Assembly: GCA_964558645.1 (NCBI GenBank)
Contig: CAZLEV010000004.1
Coordinates: forward strand, 139,442-203,441
Direction: 5' to 3'
Length of the DNA stretch: 64,000 nt
Origin: an uncultured archaeon
Lineage (GTDB): Archaea; Asgardarchaeota; Thorarchaeia; Thorarchaeales; Thorarchaeaceae
Shown here one piece after another: positions 1 to 9,024 of this stretch. The first letter of the stretch is position 1. Each line of letters opens with the position of its first letter. The notes beneath the pieces are model-generated. The model was not told where the DNA came from. It did no database searches and saw nothing but the letters and a program-made list of their open reading frames with translations. A program made the translations under genes and the position numbers.

Positions 1-1362
1 GGTGAGAACCTCGTCAGGTTCGCCGCAATAATGAATGACAGAGACAGAGCCTCTGCGAGATCAGGTCTGGGAGCGGTCATGGGCTCCAAGAGAATGAAAG
101 CTGTTTGTGTCCGAGGTACCGGGAAGCTAGAAGTTGCAGAACCGGGGAAGTACTTGGAGACTATGGACAGATTCTATGAACGCATGCTCGCGAATCCCTT
201 CACTCCTGAACGTGCGAAGTATGGTACGACCAACCTCATAGAGATGATGCATAATATCGGCAGACTGCCGAGCTATAACATGAGGGAGGGGGTCTTCGAT
301 GACTATGAAGACATCAGTGGTGAGACCATCACAAGAGAATACCTCGTGAAGCCGCGGGCTGATTGGTCGTGCTTGCAACGCTGCGGTAGGTTCACCAGGG
401 TCAGAGACCTGCCGTACAAGTACATAGGTGGATCTCCCGAGTTCGAGTCTCAGGCCGCCCTAGGATCAAGGTGTGGTAACAGAAATGTCGAATCTGTCCT
501 GTTCAGCCACCATCTAGCAAACCAGTATGGGATGGACACCATCTCACTGGGAGGAACGATATCGTGGGCGATGGAGGCATGGGATGAGGGACTCCTAACT
601 GAGGAAGACACTGGCGGGTTGAATCTTGACTGGGGAAACCATGAGACCGTCGTGAGACTGACCAAGATGATTGCATTCAGAGAGGGCTTCGGGGACATAC
701 TGGCCGAGGGGAGCTATCGAGCTGCAGAGAAGATCGGGAAGGGAAGCGACGAGTTCGTCATGGCAGTCAAAAAGCAGGAGATTGCTGGACAGGAGCCACG
801 CGGACAGAAGTCTATGGGTCTTGCCGCTGCGACTGCAGCAAGGGGAGCAGACCACCTCTATGCCTTTCCCGTGTTAGACGAGGCAGGGTTTGATGATGAG
901 ATAAGGGAGCGCCTTGGAGAGGAGTTTCTCCCAGAGATGGCTGACCGGCTTGATCCCACCTACAAGGGAATCATGGTGAAAGAATGCGAGGACTATATGG
1001 TCATGATAGAGAGCGTCGGCGTCTGTAAGTACGGGACGCAGATCCCTCCCGAGTTATACTATGATGACATATCTGAGGCCCTAAGAGTGCACAACGGAAT
1101 CCTTCTCTCGTCGAAGGAACTACAGGAAATTGGTGAACGCATAGTCAATCTCAACAGGATGTTCAATGTCGACAGAGGTGTGACTCGCCAGGACGACAAT
1201 CTGCCAAGGAGGCTCACTGAGGTACCCTCCCCGCGAGGACCTGCAAAGGGGGAGGTAGTGGAGCTCGAACTAATGCTGGACGAGTACTACAGACAGAGAG
1301 GGTGGGACCCTAAGACAGGGATTCCAACTCAGGAGACTCTGCACCGGCTTGGCCTGAAGTAG
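1..1362 (+). CDS. aor: Tungsten-dependent aldehyde:ferredoxin oxidoreductase family protein (5' part outside window)
   Basis: Frame is open from base 1 (GENLVRFAAIMND...). Motifs RSGLGAVMGSK, GMDTISLG, RGADH and C-terminal YYxxRGWD. Confidence 0.9.
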   Translation, partial: GENLVRFAAIMNDRDRASARSGLGAVMGSKRMKAVCVRGTGKLEVAEPGKYLETMDRFYERMLANPFTPERAKYGTTNLIEMMHNIGRLPSYNMREGVFDDYEDISGETITREYLVKPRADWSCLQRCGRFTRVRDLPYKYIGGSPEFESQAALGSRCGNRNVESVLFSHHLANQYGMDTISLGGTISWAMEAWDEGLLTEEDTGGLNLDWGNHETVVRLTKMIAFREGFGDILAEGSYRAAEKIGKGSDEFVMAVKKQEIAGQEPRGQKSMGLAAATAARGADHLYAFPVLDEAGFDDEIRERLGEEFLPEMADRLDPTYKGIMVKECEDYMVMIESVGVCKYGTQIPPELYYDDISEALRVHNGILLSSKELQEIGERIVNLNRMFNVDRGVTRQDDNLPRRLTEVPSPRGPAKGEVVELELMLDEYYRQRGWDPKTGIPTQETLHRLGLK

Positions 1363-1582
1363 ACCGATCATGCTGTTCATTCGTCGCACTCAATCATCAA
1401 GTGTACGATCAGTGCATCCTTCTCTGACAAGACCAGGACTCCGGATTCAGAATCAAGACTGTTTCTTTCCGAATAGAGAACCACAGTTCAGGTCCCCGCA
1501 ATACCAAGAAGAAGCCGGTCGTTCTCTCCGATTCCGAGCCCACACACTCTGCGACTGTGAATCTTCGACGAGGATGCTCCTT

Positions 1583-1819
1583 CTAGTCACACGTTGCGCA
1601 GACATTTGTCACCGTATCACGAACACCATCTAGATTCCTCAGCTCATCAACCACAAAAGAGCTGAGCTTCTCAGGGGTCTTGAACATTCCCTTGATGAGT
1701 AGGTCATACGCACCATAGATCAAGTATGCCTCATCGACCTCCTCAAACTCTCTGACTTTGGTCAGAATCTCTCGTGCTTTTGCCGACTCAATCTTAGCCA
1801 TTATGAAAGCCATTATCAA
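1583..1819 (-). CDS. Stand-alone Lrp/AsnC ligand-binding domain protein
   Basis: EVDEAYLIYGAYDLLIK...LRNLDGVRDTVT pattern; no HTH. Confidence 0.85.
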   Translation of the reverse strand: MIMAFIMAKIESAKAREILTKVREFEEVDEAYLIYGAYDLLIKGMFKTPEKLSSFVVDELRNLDGVRDTVTNVCATCD

Positions 1820-1850
1820 TGTGATGCCACCTTGCCCATGAGATTACTGG

Positions 1851-1994
1851 AGTTAACTATTCGTCGCTCACAATAAAAGTTGTTGCTTCGCTACTACAAG
1901 ACGAGGGCGACTCCAATCTGACCCTCTCCTGACGGCGAAGACCTGCAGATGTGCATCAATGAGAGAAGTAAGTTAACAAAGTAGAAGTCACAAT
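1851..1994. promoter_or_regulatory. Two copies of AGTTAAC-N10-TCACAAT in the divergent promoter region (candidate operator)
   Basis: Copies at 1851-1874 and 1971-1994, 120 bp apart. TATA-like TTTTAAAA at 2003-2010. Confidence 0.5.
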
Positions 1995-2054
1995 CAGGAA
2001 TGTTTTAAAACCTGTAAGGGAAAGCTCGGAAAACATAGCGGAGGCCAACCTTCT

Positions 2055-2525
2055 TTGACATCGGCGGCAGATACCTCAAGCTCATCAGCAAAAGCAAAGA
2101 GAAAACGAAAGAAGGGCTTTGAGCCTCGAATTCTGTCATTCTGCTGCAACTGGTGTTCTTACGCCGGCGCAGACTTGGCGGGAACTAGCAGGATGCAGAT
2201 GCCGCCCAATGTCAGAATCATCAGGGTTAATTGTACTGGCCGCATAGACCCATCATTCATTCTCGACGCTCTCGGGCAGGGAGCAGATGGCATCCTGATA
2301 TCGGGCTGTCACCCGGGGGACTGCCATTACAGCAGTGGAAACCTGAAGATGGCGGGTCGCTTCGCCCTGTTGACTAGCCTCGTTGAGCAGGCAGGATTTG
2401 ACCCAAGACGCATCCATCTACAGTGGGCAAGCGCTGCAGAGGGTGATGTATTCAGAGATGGCGTCGCTGAGATGGTGGAACGAATCAAAGAACTGGGCCC
2501 GAACCCTGTAAGGGAGGCTGACTAG
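2055..2525 (+). CDS. mvhD: F420-non-reducing hydrogenase iron-sulfur subunit D (Cys form)
   Basis: FCCNWCSYAGADLAG, RVNCTGRID, GCHPGDCHY motifs. TTG start after GGAGG. Confidence 0.95.
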   Translation: MTSAADTSSSSAKAKRKRKKGFEPRILSFCCNWCSYAGADLAGTSRMQMPPNVRIIRVNCTGRIDPSFILDALGQGADGILISGCHPGDCHYSSGNLKMAGRFALLTSLVEQAGFDPRRIHLQWASAAEGDVFRDGVAEMVERIKELGPNPVREAD

Positions 2526-2526
2526 A

Positions 2527-3441
2527 GTGACAAAGCGAGTAGCATTCGCACAGCTCACCTCGTGTTGGGGCTGTGACCAGTCATTAGTGGATCTCCATTT
2601 TCGACTTCTTGACGTACTCCCTGAGCTGGAGATAGTATTCTGGCCAGCAGTCGTTGACTTCAAGCTGAAGGATCTTGAGGGTCTGCCCAACGAGTCGATT
2701 CACCTTGGATTCGTTGAGGGAAGCTGTAGAACCAATGAAGATTTGCATCTACTGAAGACTATGCGCAAGAAGAGCAAGTTCCTGATCGCATGGGGCTCAT
2801 GCTCATGTTTTGGCGGTGTCCAGGGCCTTGGAAACCAGTGGCCTATTGACGAACTGGCAGAGAGGAAGTTCCTGCAGGCGGACTCCGTTACAGATCCAAG
2901 GATTCCAGAGAGCAACATGCCGGGTTTTCTCGGGATAGTCAAGCCAAATCCCGCTCATGTCAAGTTCAACATGGTTCTTCCAGGTTGCCCACCCACTTCG
3001 GACAACACATACAATGTTGTAGAGGCGCTACTCACAGGTAAGCCATTCGACCTCCCGGAGAAGACGGTGTGTGACGAGTGTCCAAAGGAACGAGAAGACA
3101 AGCACATCGAGAGGTTCTACAGGACCCACGAGGGGAAGATAGACCCTGATAGATGCCTTCTTGATCAAGGATATCTCTGTCTGGGTTTTGCAACCATCGG
3201 GCTCTGTGGGGCACAGTGTCCAACAGTGAACACACCATGCAAGGGATGCTTTGGACCCCCTCCGTCCGTTAAAGACCATGGTGCGAAAATCATCTCTGCT
3301 CTGGGTGCTGTAGCAGAAATGAGTCCAGAAGAACTGAAGGAGGCCTTTCCTGATCCAATCGGTTCCTTCTATTTCACTGATTATGCGGCATCCTACCTAT
3401 CAAGCATTACCGCAAAGAAGAGGGAGGAAAAAGGCAAATGA
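2527..3441 (+). CDS. mvhG: F420-non-reducing [NiFe] hydrogenase small subunit
   Basis: CWGC, GSCSCFGG, PGCPP, CDEC, CLLDQGYLCLG, CGAQCP, PCKGCFGP. Confidence 0.95.
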   Translation: MTKRVAFAQLTSCWGCDQSLVDLHFRLLDVLPELEIVFWPAVVDFKLKDLEGLPNESIHLGFVEGSCRTNEDLHLLKTMRKKSKFLIAWGSCSCFGGVQGLGNQWPIDELAERKFLQADSVTDPRIPESNMPGFLGIVKPNPAHVKFNMVLPGCPPTSDNTYNVVEALLTGKPFDLPEKTVCDECPKEREDKHIERFYRTHEGKIDPDRCLLDQGYLCLGFATIGLCGAQCPTVNTPCKGCFGPPPSVKDHGAKIISALGAVAEMSPEELKEAFPDPIGSFYFTDYAASYLSSITAKKREEKGK

Positions 3442-4751
3442 CTGACGAGAAGGTAATACGGATCGAACCGGTGACTCGATTGGAAGGGCACGGTGAGCTG
3501 ACGCTCAAGCTCTCGAAGACGGGCAAGGTGAAAGATGTCCAGTTCAACGTCTCGAGTACACGGTTCTTTGAGAAGTTCCTTGAGGGGCGTTTCGCAGAAG
3601 AGGTGCCAAGAATTGCCGAGCGTATCTGTGGCATCTGCCCTGAGCCGCACCATCTGGCTTCAGTCAAAGCAGTAGAAGCGGCATGGAGAGTGACTCCGCC
3701 ACCAGCAGCAGTTAAGGTAAGACGACTGTTGATCAATGCCAAGCAGTTATCATCACACGCACTCCACTTCTTTGCACTGGCTGCCCCTGACTTCTTAGCT
3801 GGGCCCTTTGCAGAGCCATCCAAGAGAAATGTTGTCGAAGTTATCAAACAACTCCCCGATGTGGGGAAGCTCGCTCTAAGCGTCATGAAGTACGGTCAAG
3901 AGCTTGCCACTGCTATCGGTGGAAAGGCCATCCACCCTGTCACAGCAACTCCCGGCGGGATGTTGAATCCGTTCTCCGAAGAGAAGAGAGACAACTTCCT
4001 TGGCCTCATGGACGGACTCAAGGAGAACATAACAGACACAGTGGAACTGGCGAAGAAAGTCGTTGAGGACTACTGGGACCCGATAACAAAGCTTGGCGTT
4101 GTGCCGACTTACTATCTGGGAACCCATGATAAGGGAAGGCTTGAGATATACGATGGGAACATCCGCGTGATGGACCCAGAGGGCAAGATAGTGGAAGACT
4201 TCAAACCGAAGGACTATCTGGACTACTACGGGGAGTACGTGCCCGACCATTCCTATGCCACACACATCTACTACAAGCCTGCAGGTTATCCAGATGGAAT
4301 CTGGAGAGCGAACTCCCTGGCACGAGTCAACATCGCAGACAAGATGAAAACACCTCTGGCCCAAGAGGCGCTCCAAGAGATGCGCGACAAGCTGGGCAGA
4401 CCAATCCACGCCGTATTTGCCTATCATTGGGCAAGAGTTATAGAGATGGTTCAGGCTATGGAAGAGATGGATGAGCTACTCCAAGACCCTGATATTGTCA
4501 GCACCGATGTCAAACTGACAGATGTTGAGCCACGCAAGGGTAATGGAGTTGGCTGTGTCGAGGCGCCACGTGGGACTCTGGTCCATCATTACTGGACAGA
4601 TGACCGGGGGATTATCACCAAGGTGAACCTTGTTGTTGCAACAAACAACAACATAGCGGGCATTGAGAAGAGCCTAATGCAGGCAGCCAAACAGATATTC
4701 GAGAAGAAAGAGCACGAGAAACTAGACCTACCGGAGCCGATGATGAAGTAG
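3438..4751 (+). CDS. vhuA: F420-non-reducing hydrogenase large subunit, split (VhuA-type, lacks C-terminal DPCxxC)
   Basis: EPVTRLEGH, RICGICPEPH (L1), EAPRGTLVHHY. No L2 motif before the stop. Confidence 0.93.
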   Translation: MTDEKVIRIEPVTRLEGHGELTLKLSKTGKVKDVQFNVSSTRFFEKFLEGRFAEEVPRIAERICGICPEPHHLASVKAVEAAWRVTPPPAAVKVRRLLINAKQLSSHALHFFALAAPDFLAGPFAEPSKRNVVEVIKQLPDVGKLALSVMKYGQELATAIGGKAIHPVTATPGGMLNPFSEEKRDNFLGLMDGLKENITDTVELAKKVVEDYWDPITKLGVVPTYYLGTHDKGRLEIYDGNIRVMDPEGKIVEDFKPKDYLDYYGEYVPDHSYATHIYYKPAGYPDGIWRANSLARVNIADKMKTPLAQEALQEMRDKLGRPIHAVFAYHWARVIEMVQAMEEMDELLQDPDIVSTDVKLTDVEPRKGNGVGCVEAPRGTLVHHYWTDDRGIITKVNLVVATNNNIAGIEKSLMQAAKQIFEKKEHEKLDLPEPMMK

Positions 4752-4759
4752 TGATAAAG

Positions 4760-4912
4760 ATGACAGATGAAATAGATGAAGGGCTGCTGAACCTCCTGGA
4801 AATGGTGGTTCGCTGCTACGACTGCTGACTATCCTGCGGCGCTCATTTCGTCGTTGTGGACGATGAGGGTCGCGAGATAGTTCGGAAGGAGCTAGTGACT
4901 GGCGGCGGATGA
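4760..4912 (+). CDS. vhuU: Selenocysteine-containing hydrogenase subunit VhuU (Sec codon TGA 4826-4828)
   Basis: Manual translation MTDEIDEGLLNLLEMVVRCYDC-U-LSCGAHFVVVDDEGREIVRKELVTGGG*. Supplies the L2 motif missing from the upstream gene; SECIS follows. Confidence 0.93.
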
Positions 4913-4968
4913 AGGCCCGGCGTAAAGATGTGAGCCGGGTTGGACACGCCCCGCAAGGGCGCGCCAGT
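4898..4968 (+). promoter_or_regulatory. Eukaryote-like SECIS element of vhuU
   Basis: A-UGAA core (4909-4913), helix GGCCCGGC/GCCGGGUU, apical loop containing AAA (4924-4926), 3' core GGAC (4942-4945). Closed by GGCG/CGCC or ACUGGCG/CGCCAGU. Confidence 0.85.
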
Positions 4969-5121
4969 TGTACTCCCCCATTGTGTTGTTCTGATAAGAG
5001 AGAACTCTAATGGTTGTACTCATATTTGTGATCTTGTCTTATGCGTGATGGTTGTCAGAGAGACCGTCAGTCCTGTATCCGAGATGCCTGAGAACGCCTT
5101 GAATCTGTGACTTCTTTGAAA

Positions 5122-6876
5122 CTACATTGCATTTTCATCTATTGGAATGGAAGTCTTTCGGTATCTTAGGAAGGCTGCCAATGAAACTGCAGTAACAGCA
5201 GCCAGAATTGCAGTCAGAATCACAACCTCCAAGAGTGGAATCGGAGGGTTGTGATGGGGCGAAGATACTATCACGATTATCGTATGACTGTTCCAATATC
5301 CAAAGGTGTCGTAGACGACAATCGTATAGTTGTAGGTGCCGGCCGCCAGCTCATCAACATTGACTCTTATCGAGGAACCATCCCAGACGCCGGACTCAAT
5401 GAACAGATTATCATGGTAGATCTCGTAGTGTTGAGGATTTGGATCCCATGCGTCCCAAGTGACACTTGTACCGTAGTATTCCACATTCCAGGTGTCGTAT
5501 AGACTGTCAATGAAAGGCGGGGTGGTGTCCATTGGAGCCCACACACATGGATAGCGGTCAGCACTTCCTGCAGACCCCGGTATATCATAGGTGTCATTCC
5601 CCCCATGATCATCCCAGCAGTTCCCCAATGAAGTTCCATCGTCCCAAGAGTTGAGCGTTCCTGAGTCGCGGGCATTAGCGATACGACTATGCCCGAAGCG
5701 ATTCAGAAAGACTGTGTTGTTAGAACTCCCCGAGCTTATCTCAATGGCATAATTCCAGATGCTAGTGGCAGTGTTGTTAGTCAGGACACACGATGTGGAA
5801 TGATATAGGTAGAAGCCGTTCTCTTCGTGACCATTGGCGGTGTTGTTGTTCAGCGTACAACCAATTACTTCGGAAAGGAGGAACCCAGACCACCGGCTGT
5901 TGGTAGCCGTGTTGTTGATCAGGGTGCACCAATCCGAGGACACCAGAATGAACCTATTGGCTGTATTGCTGGTCAGGGAAGACCAATCCGAAAACGATAG
6001 AGTGAACCAACCGCCAGTATTGTCAGTCAGGATACACGAGTGTGAGGACACCAAACGAAATACACCGGCAACATTATCGATCAGAATGCACGATTCCGAA
6101 GAAGACAGCCTGAAGCCTTCCTGCAGATTATCGGTGGCAGTGTTGTTGATGAGGGTCGCCAAGTCCGAGAATCGCAAATTGAATCCAGACCATAAGTTTC
6201 TGGCAGCAATGTTATTGACTAGCGTGCAGTCAGCTGAATCATCAAGCCAGAATCCGAAGCTGTTGCTGTTCGCGGCATTATTAGTCAAGGTAGATGAACC
6301 CGAGAGGTGTAAGTAGAACCCAGACCATGAATTGCTCATAGCAATGTTGTCTGTTAGAATACATGAACCGGAAGACGATAAATAGAACCCATACCGGGTG
6401 TTGTTGATGGCAGTGTTGTTTACCAGGGTGCAATTCACTGAATCCTGCAGAAGAAGGCCGTGATGTTTTCGAGAGATGAATGTGTCGCGGACTGCTCCAT
6501 GAGTAAGGTTGTTGAGCAAGATACCTTCGTTCTTTGATTCTGCAGGCGAACTGATAATGCAGTTCCTGACCTCAAAATAGACTGTAGTTCCTGATATGTT
6601 AAGACACACCTCCGTAGAGGTGATATTTACATTCTCTATCACGTAAGGATTATCGACTGTGCCGTTCCCGGGCCATCCTTGATGCTCGAAATCGAAATCA
6701 GAAGATATGACAATGGGGTTTCTCTCCTCGTAGGAAGTTGTAGGGGGTGTGAACAGTATCTCCTCCACTCCAATCGCTGAACTGCTGAAATGCAGTTCTA
6801 TCGCACCCACAGAACAAGGAGCAAAGACCAAAACCAGTGCCAGAGTACATGAAACATGACACTTTTTGCTATACAG
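5122..6876 (-). CDS. Cell-surface parallel beta-helix (NosD/CASH-like) protein with C-terminal TM anchor
   Basis: Repeated xxLxxNxAxxN...GFxL units, WPGNGTVDNPYVIEN, GNCWDD, hydrophobic C-terminus. Start may be CTG 6876 (ORF track: TTG 6831). Confidence 0.8.
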   Translation of the reverse strand: MYSKKCHVSCTLALVLVFAPCSVGAIELHFSSSAIGVEEILFTPPTTSYEERNPIVISSDFDFEHQGWPGNGTVDNPYVIENVNITSTEVCLNISGTTVYFEVRNCIISSPAESKNEGILLNNLTHGAVRDTFISRKHHGLLLQDSVNCTLVNNTAINNTRYGFYLSSSGSCILTDNIAMSNSWSGFYLHLSGSSTLTNNAANSNSFGFWLDDSADCTLVNNIAARNLWSGFNLRFSDLATLINNTATDNLQEGFRLSSSESCILIDNVAGVFRLVSSHSCILTDNTGGWFTLSFSDWSSLTSNTANRFILVSSDWCTLINNTATNSRWSGFLLSEVIGCTLNNNTANGHEENGFYLYHSTSCVLTNNTATSIWNYAIEISSGSSNNTVFLNRFGHSRIANARDSGTLNSWDDGTSLGNCWDDHGGNDTYDIPGSAGSADRYPCVWAPMDTTPPFIDSLYDTWNVEYYGTSVTWDAWDPNPQHYEIYHDNLFIESGVWDGSSIRVNVDELAAGTYNYTIVVYDTFGYWNSHTIIVIVSSPHHNPPIPLLEVVILTAILAAVTAVSLAAFLRYRKTSIPIDENAM

Positions 6877-7349
6877 AGGAACATCCCCCTAGCGGATGCT
6901 TCTTTCCACTGGTCGACAGCTCTGGCGAGAGCGGTGATAAACCTGTTGTTCTACCGCCAGGCATCCCGGATAAGTGCATTTGAAAGAATGCGATGACTAG
7001 ATTCAGATGGTAGATGAATTGCTCAGAAGCTGTATCTTCTGGAGAGCATCAGAATTATTCAGTTTGAAGCTACCCACATTAAGATCCATTGACTCACAAG
7101 AGAGAATTAGGTCATGATGTTTACATGATAAATTGCATCTAAGTGCTAGGACTAGTTGAAATCCTGACCATGAACAGAACTGCTGTGAGGTAACCGATGG
7201 AGCCGATGCATGATGCGGATTCCGCACGAGCATAAAGAATCATGATGCGTCGGCTGATTGAATTGGATGAGAAGAAACTAACTAAGTCGTTGGTCCTGAT
7301 CCAGAAGCAGTAGGAAGAGGAGTTTCCGGCAATTCGTGTGACGATATGC

Positions 7350-7385
7350 AAAAAAAAGAAGAGTAGTGGGGGAAGGTTTTCCCCA
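7350..7385 (-). terminator. Hairpin plus T-tract downstream of the BON gene
   Basis: TGGGG...CCCCA inverted repeat followed on the - strand by an 8-T run, just after the stop at 7389. Confidence 0.55.
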
Positions 7386-7388
7386 GTC

Positions 7389-8042
7389 TTATTTGACGTA
7401 GAGCTTGTTGTCCACGTCTATGACGCCTGCTGTCAGTTCTGCAGCGTTCTCTGCAGATGCGTATGCTGTGTAGTCCTCAACTGTACCAGTCAAGGTAACA
7501 ATGCCATTCTCCACTGTGACATTGACGTTCTCTTCATCAACTGTGAACCTGCGCTCAAGTGAGTCGACAATGTCTTGGGCAATCGCCTTATCCACATAGT
7601 CGTCGGTGGGTACGACTGCCACTTCGTTCTTGACGTCGATCACACCTGACACATCCATTGCTAGCGTACCTGCCCGAAGCTTCTTCCAGTAGGCATCTAC
7701 TGCCCCTTCGAGCTCTACAACGCCGCCGTCCACAGATACGTCAATCTTCGTGGAGTCGATCGCTGTGTTCCAGAGTAGTTTGCTGTCAATGCTGGAAGCG
7801 ATGTCTTCATCGCTCATGATCTCTATCTCAACTGGATACTTAACATCCAGTTTGTTCACTACATCAGTGACGCCAATGACAGCCCAAGCGTCTTCTGCTG
7901 CTGCGCTTCGTGCGTAGTACGATTCTACTTCGCCGTCTAAGATGGCCTTGCCATCTTTTACAACGACCTCCACTTCGGAGGCGTCTACTCGGTTGTCGAA
8001 GTATAGTTCGTCTACGACTCGTTTCTTGATATCTTCACTCAT
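7389..8042 (-). CDS. Triple BON-domain protein (OsmY-like)
   Basis: Three repeats of V.V..G.V.L.G.V...A..A..V.GV.DV.N.L. Likely start MSEDIKK at 8042. Confidence 0.9.
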   Translation of the reverse strand: MSEDIKKRVVDELYFDNRVDASEVEVVVKDGKAILDGEVESYYARSAAAEDAWAVIGVTDVVNKLDVKYPVEIEIMSDEDIASSIDSKLLWNTAIDSTKIDVSVDGGVVELEGAVDAYWKKLRAGTLAMDVSGVIDVKNEVAVVPTDDYVDKAIAQDIVDSLERRFTVDEENVNVTVENGIVTLTGTVEDYTAYASAENAAELTAGVIDVDNKLYVK

Positions 8043-8176
8043 TGTGAGTATATCTCTCAACTTAACTATAATGCATATGGTTTGAAAAAGGCTGGGGTGT
8101 CGCAAATGACGGTTCCGCCATGCTTACATTGGCGGCAGTAGAGATGTATCTAGCAGTACATGGGATGAAAGGACCA

Positions 8177-8920
8177 ATGAATGCCCTTCTATGGATTATT
8201 GGAAGCACCATAGCCATAAGCCTGATTGCATGGATTGGGCTCATCACTCTCGCAGTTCATGAAGAAACTCTCAAGAAGATCACACTGCCGCTTGTGGCTT
8301 TCGCAGCGGGCGCGTTATTGGGTGGAGCATTCTTACATCTTCTGCCTGAATCGGTCTCTGCTATGAGCTCAAGTATCTTGTTGTTCGAATGGCTTATCAT
8401 AGGTTTCCTGATCTTCTTTGTCTTGGAGCAGTTCTTGAATTGGCATCACTGCCATGTGGCCTCATCGGACAAGAAAGAGCCTGTGACGTATCTAATCTTG
8501 GTGGCGGACGGAGTTCATAATTTCATTGGCGGATTAGCAATTGCAGGGTCATTCATTGCCGGTATACCTATTGGCATGGTAACATGGTTGGCATCCGTCG
8601 CTCACGAGATTCCACAGGAACTCGGAGATTTCGGTATTCTGATCCATGGAGGATGGAGTAGCAGAAAGGCTCTTGTCTTCAACTTCGTATCAGCTCTCAC
8701 TGTTGTTGTAGGGGGACTGCTGGCCTACTTCTTATCTGCGAGTGTCAACACCGACTTTCTGCTTCCCTTTGCAGCAGGGAACTTCATCTATATTGCAGCG
8801 TCCGATCTCATCCCTGAGATCCAACACACAGAGAGTCAGCGAGCACGGATCAGTTATACTCTAGCACTCCTTGCAGGATTGGCACTGGTCTGGACATTCA
8901 GAGTGTTGATTGGTAGATGA
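8177..8920 (+). CDS. ZIP family metal (zinc) transporter
   Basis: AFLHLLPE, HHCH, DGVHNFIGG, HEIPQELGDFG. Confidence 0.92.
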   Translation: MNALLWIIGSTIAISLIAWIGLITLAVHEETLKKITLPLVAFAAGALLGGAFLHLLPESVSAMSSSILLFEWLIIGFLIFFVLEQFLNWHHCHVASSDKKEPVTYLILVADGVHNFIGGLAIAGSFIAGIPIGMVTWLASVAHEIPQELGDFGILIHGGWSSRKALVFNFVSALTVVVGGLLAYFLSASVNTDFLLPFAAGNFIYIAASDLIPEIQHTESQRARISYTLALLAGLALVWTFRVLIGR

Positions 8921-9024
8921 TCTGCACTCCATGCCCTAGTCAAAGAAGAAAGAGGCCTCGTTCACGATGTCATTGACTTGGAGACCATCATGAAAGAAAC
9001 TGCTGGTTTCACACGTGGTCTTGA

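Noticed and set aside
1370-1633. 87-aa ORF after aor
   Set aside because: Overlaps the Lrp-domain gene on the opposite strand and has atypical composition.
2055-2525. MvhD as a selenoprotein (VhuD)
   Set aside because: No in-frame TGA; all ligand positions are Cys.
4901-4909. C-terminal GGG of VhuU as a ubiquitin-like conjugation motif
   Set aside because: Explained by overlap with the SECIS stem; the tail after His is normally removed during hydrogenase maturation.
5760-6480. Periodic GTGTTGTT-like repeats as a CRISPR array
   Set aside because: They encode the NNTA units of the beta-helix protein; not identical repeats with spacers.
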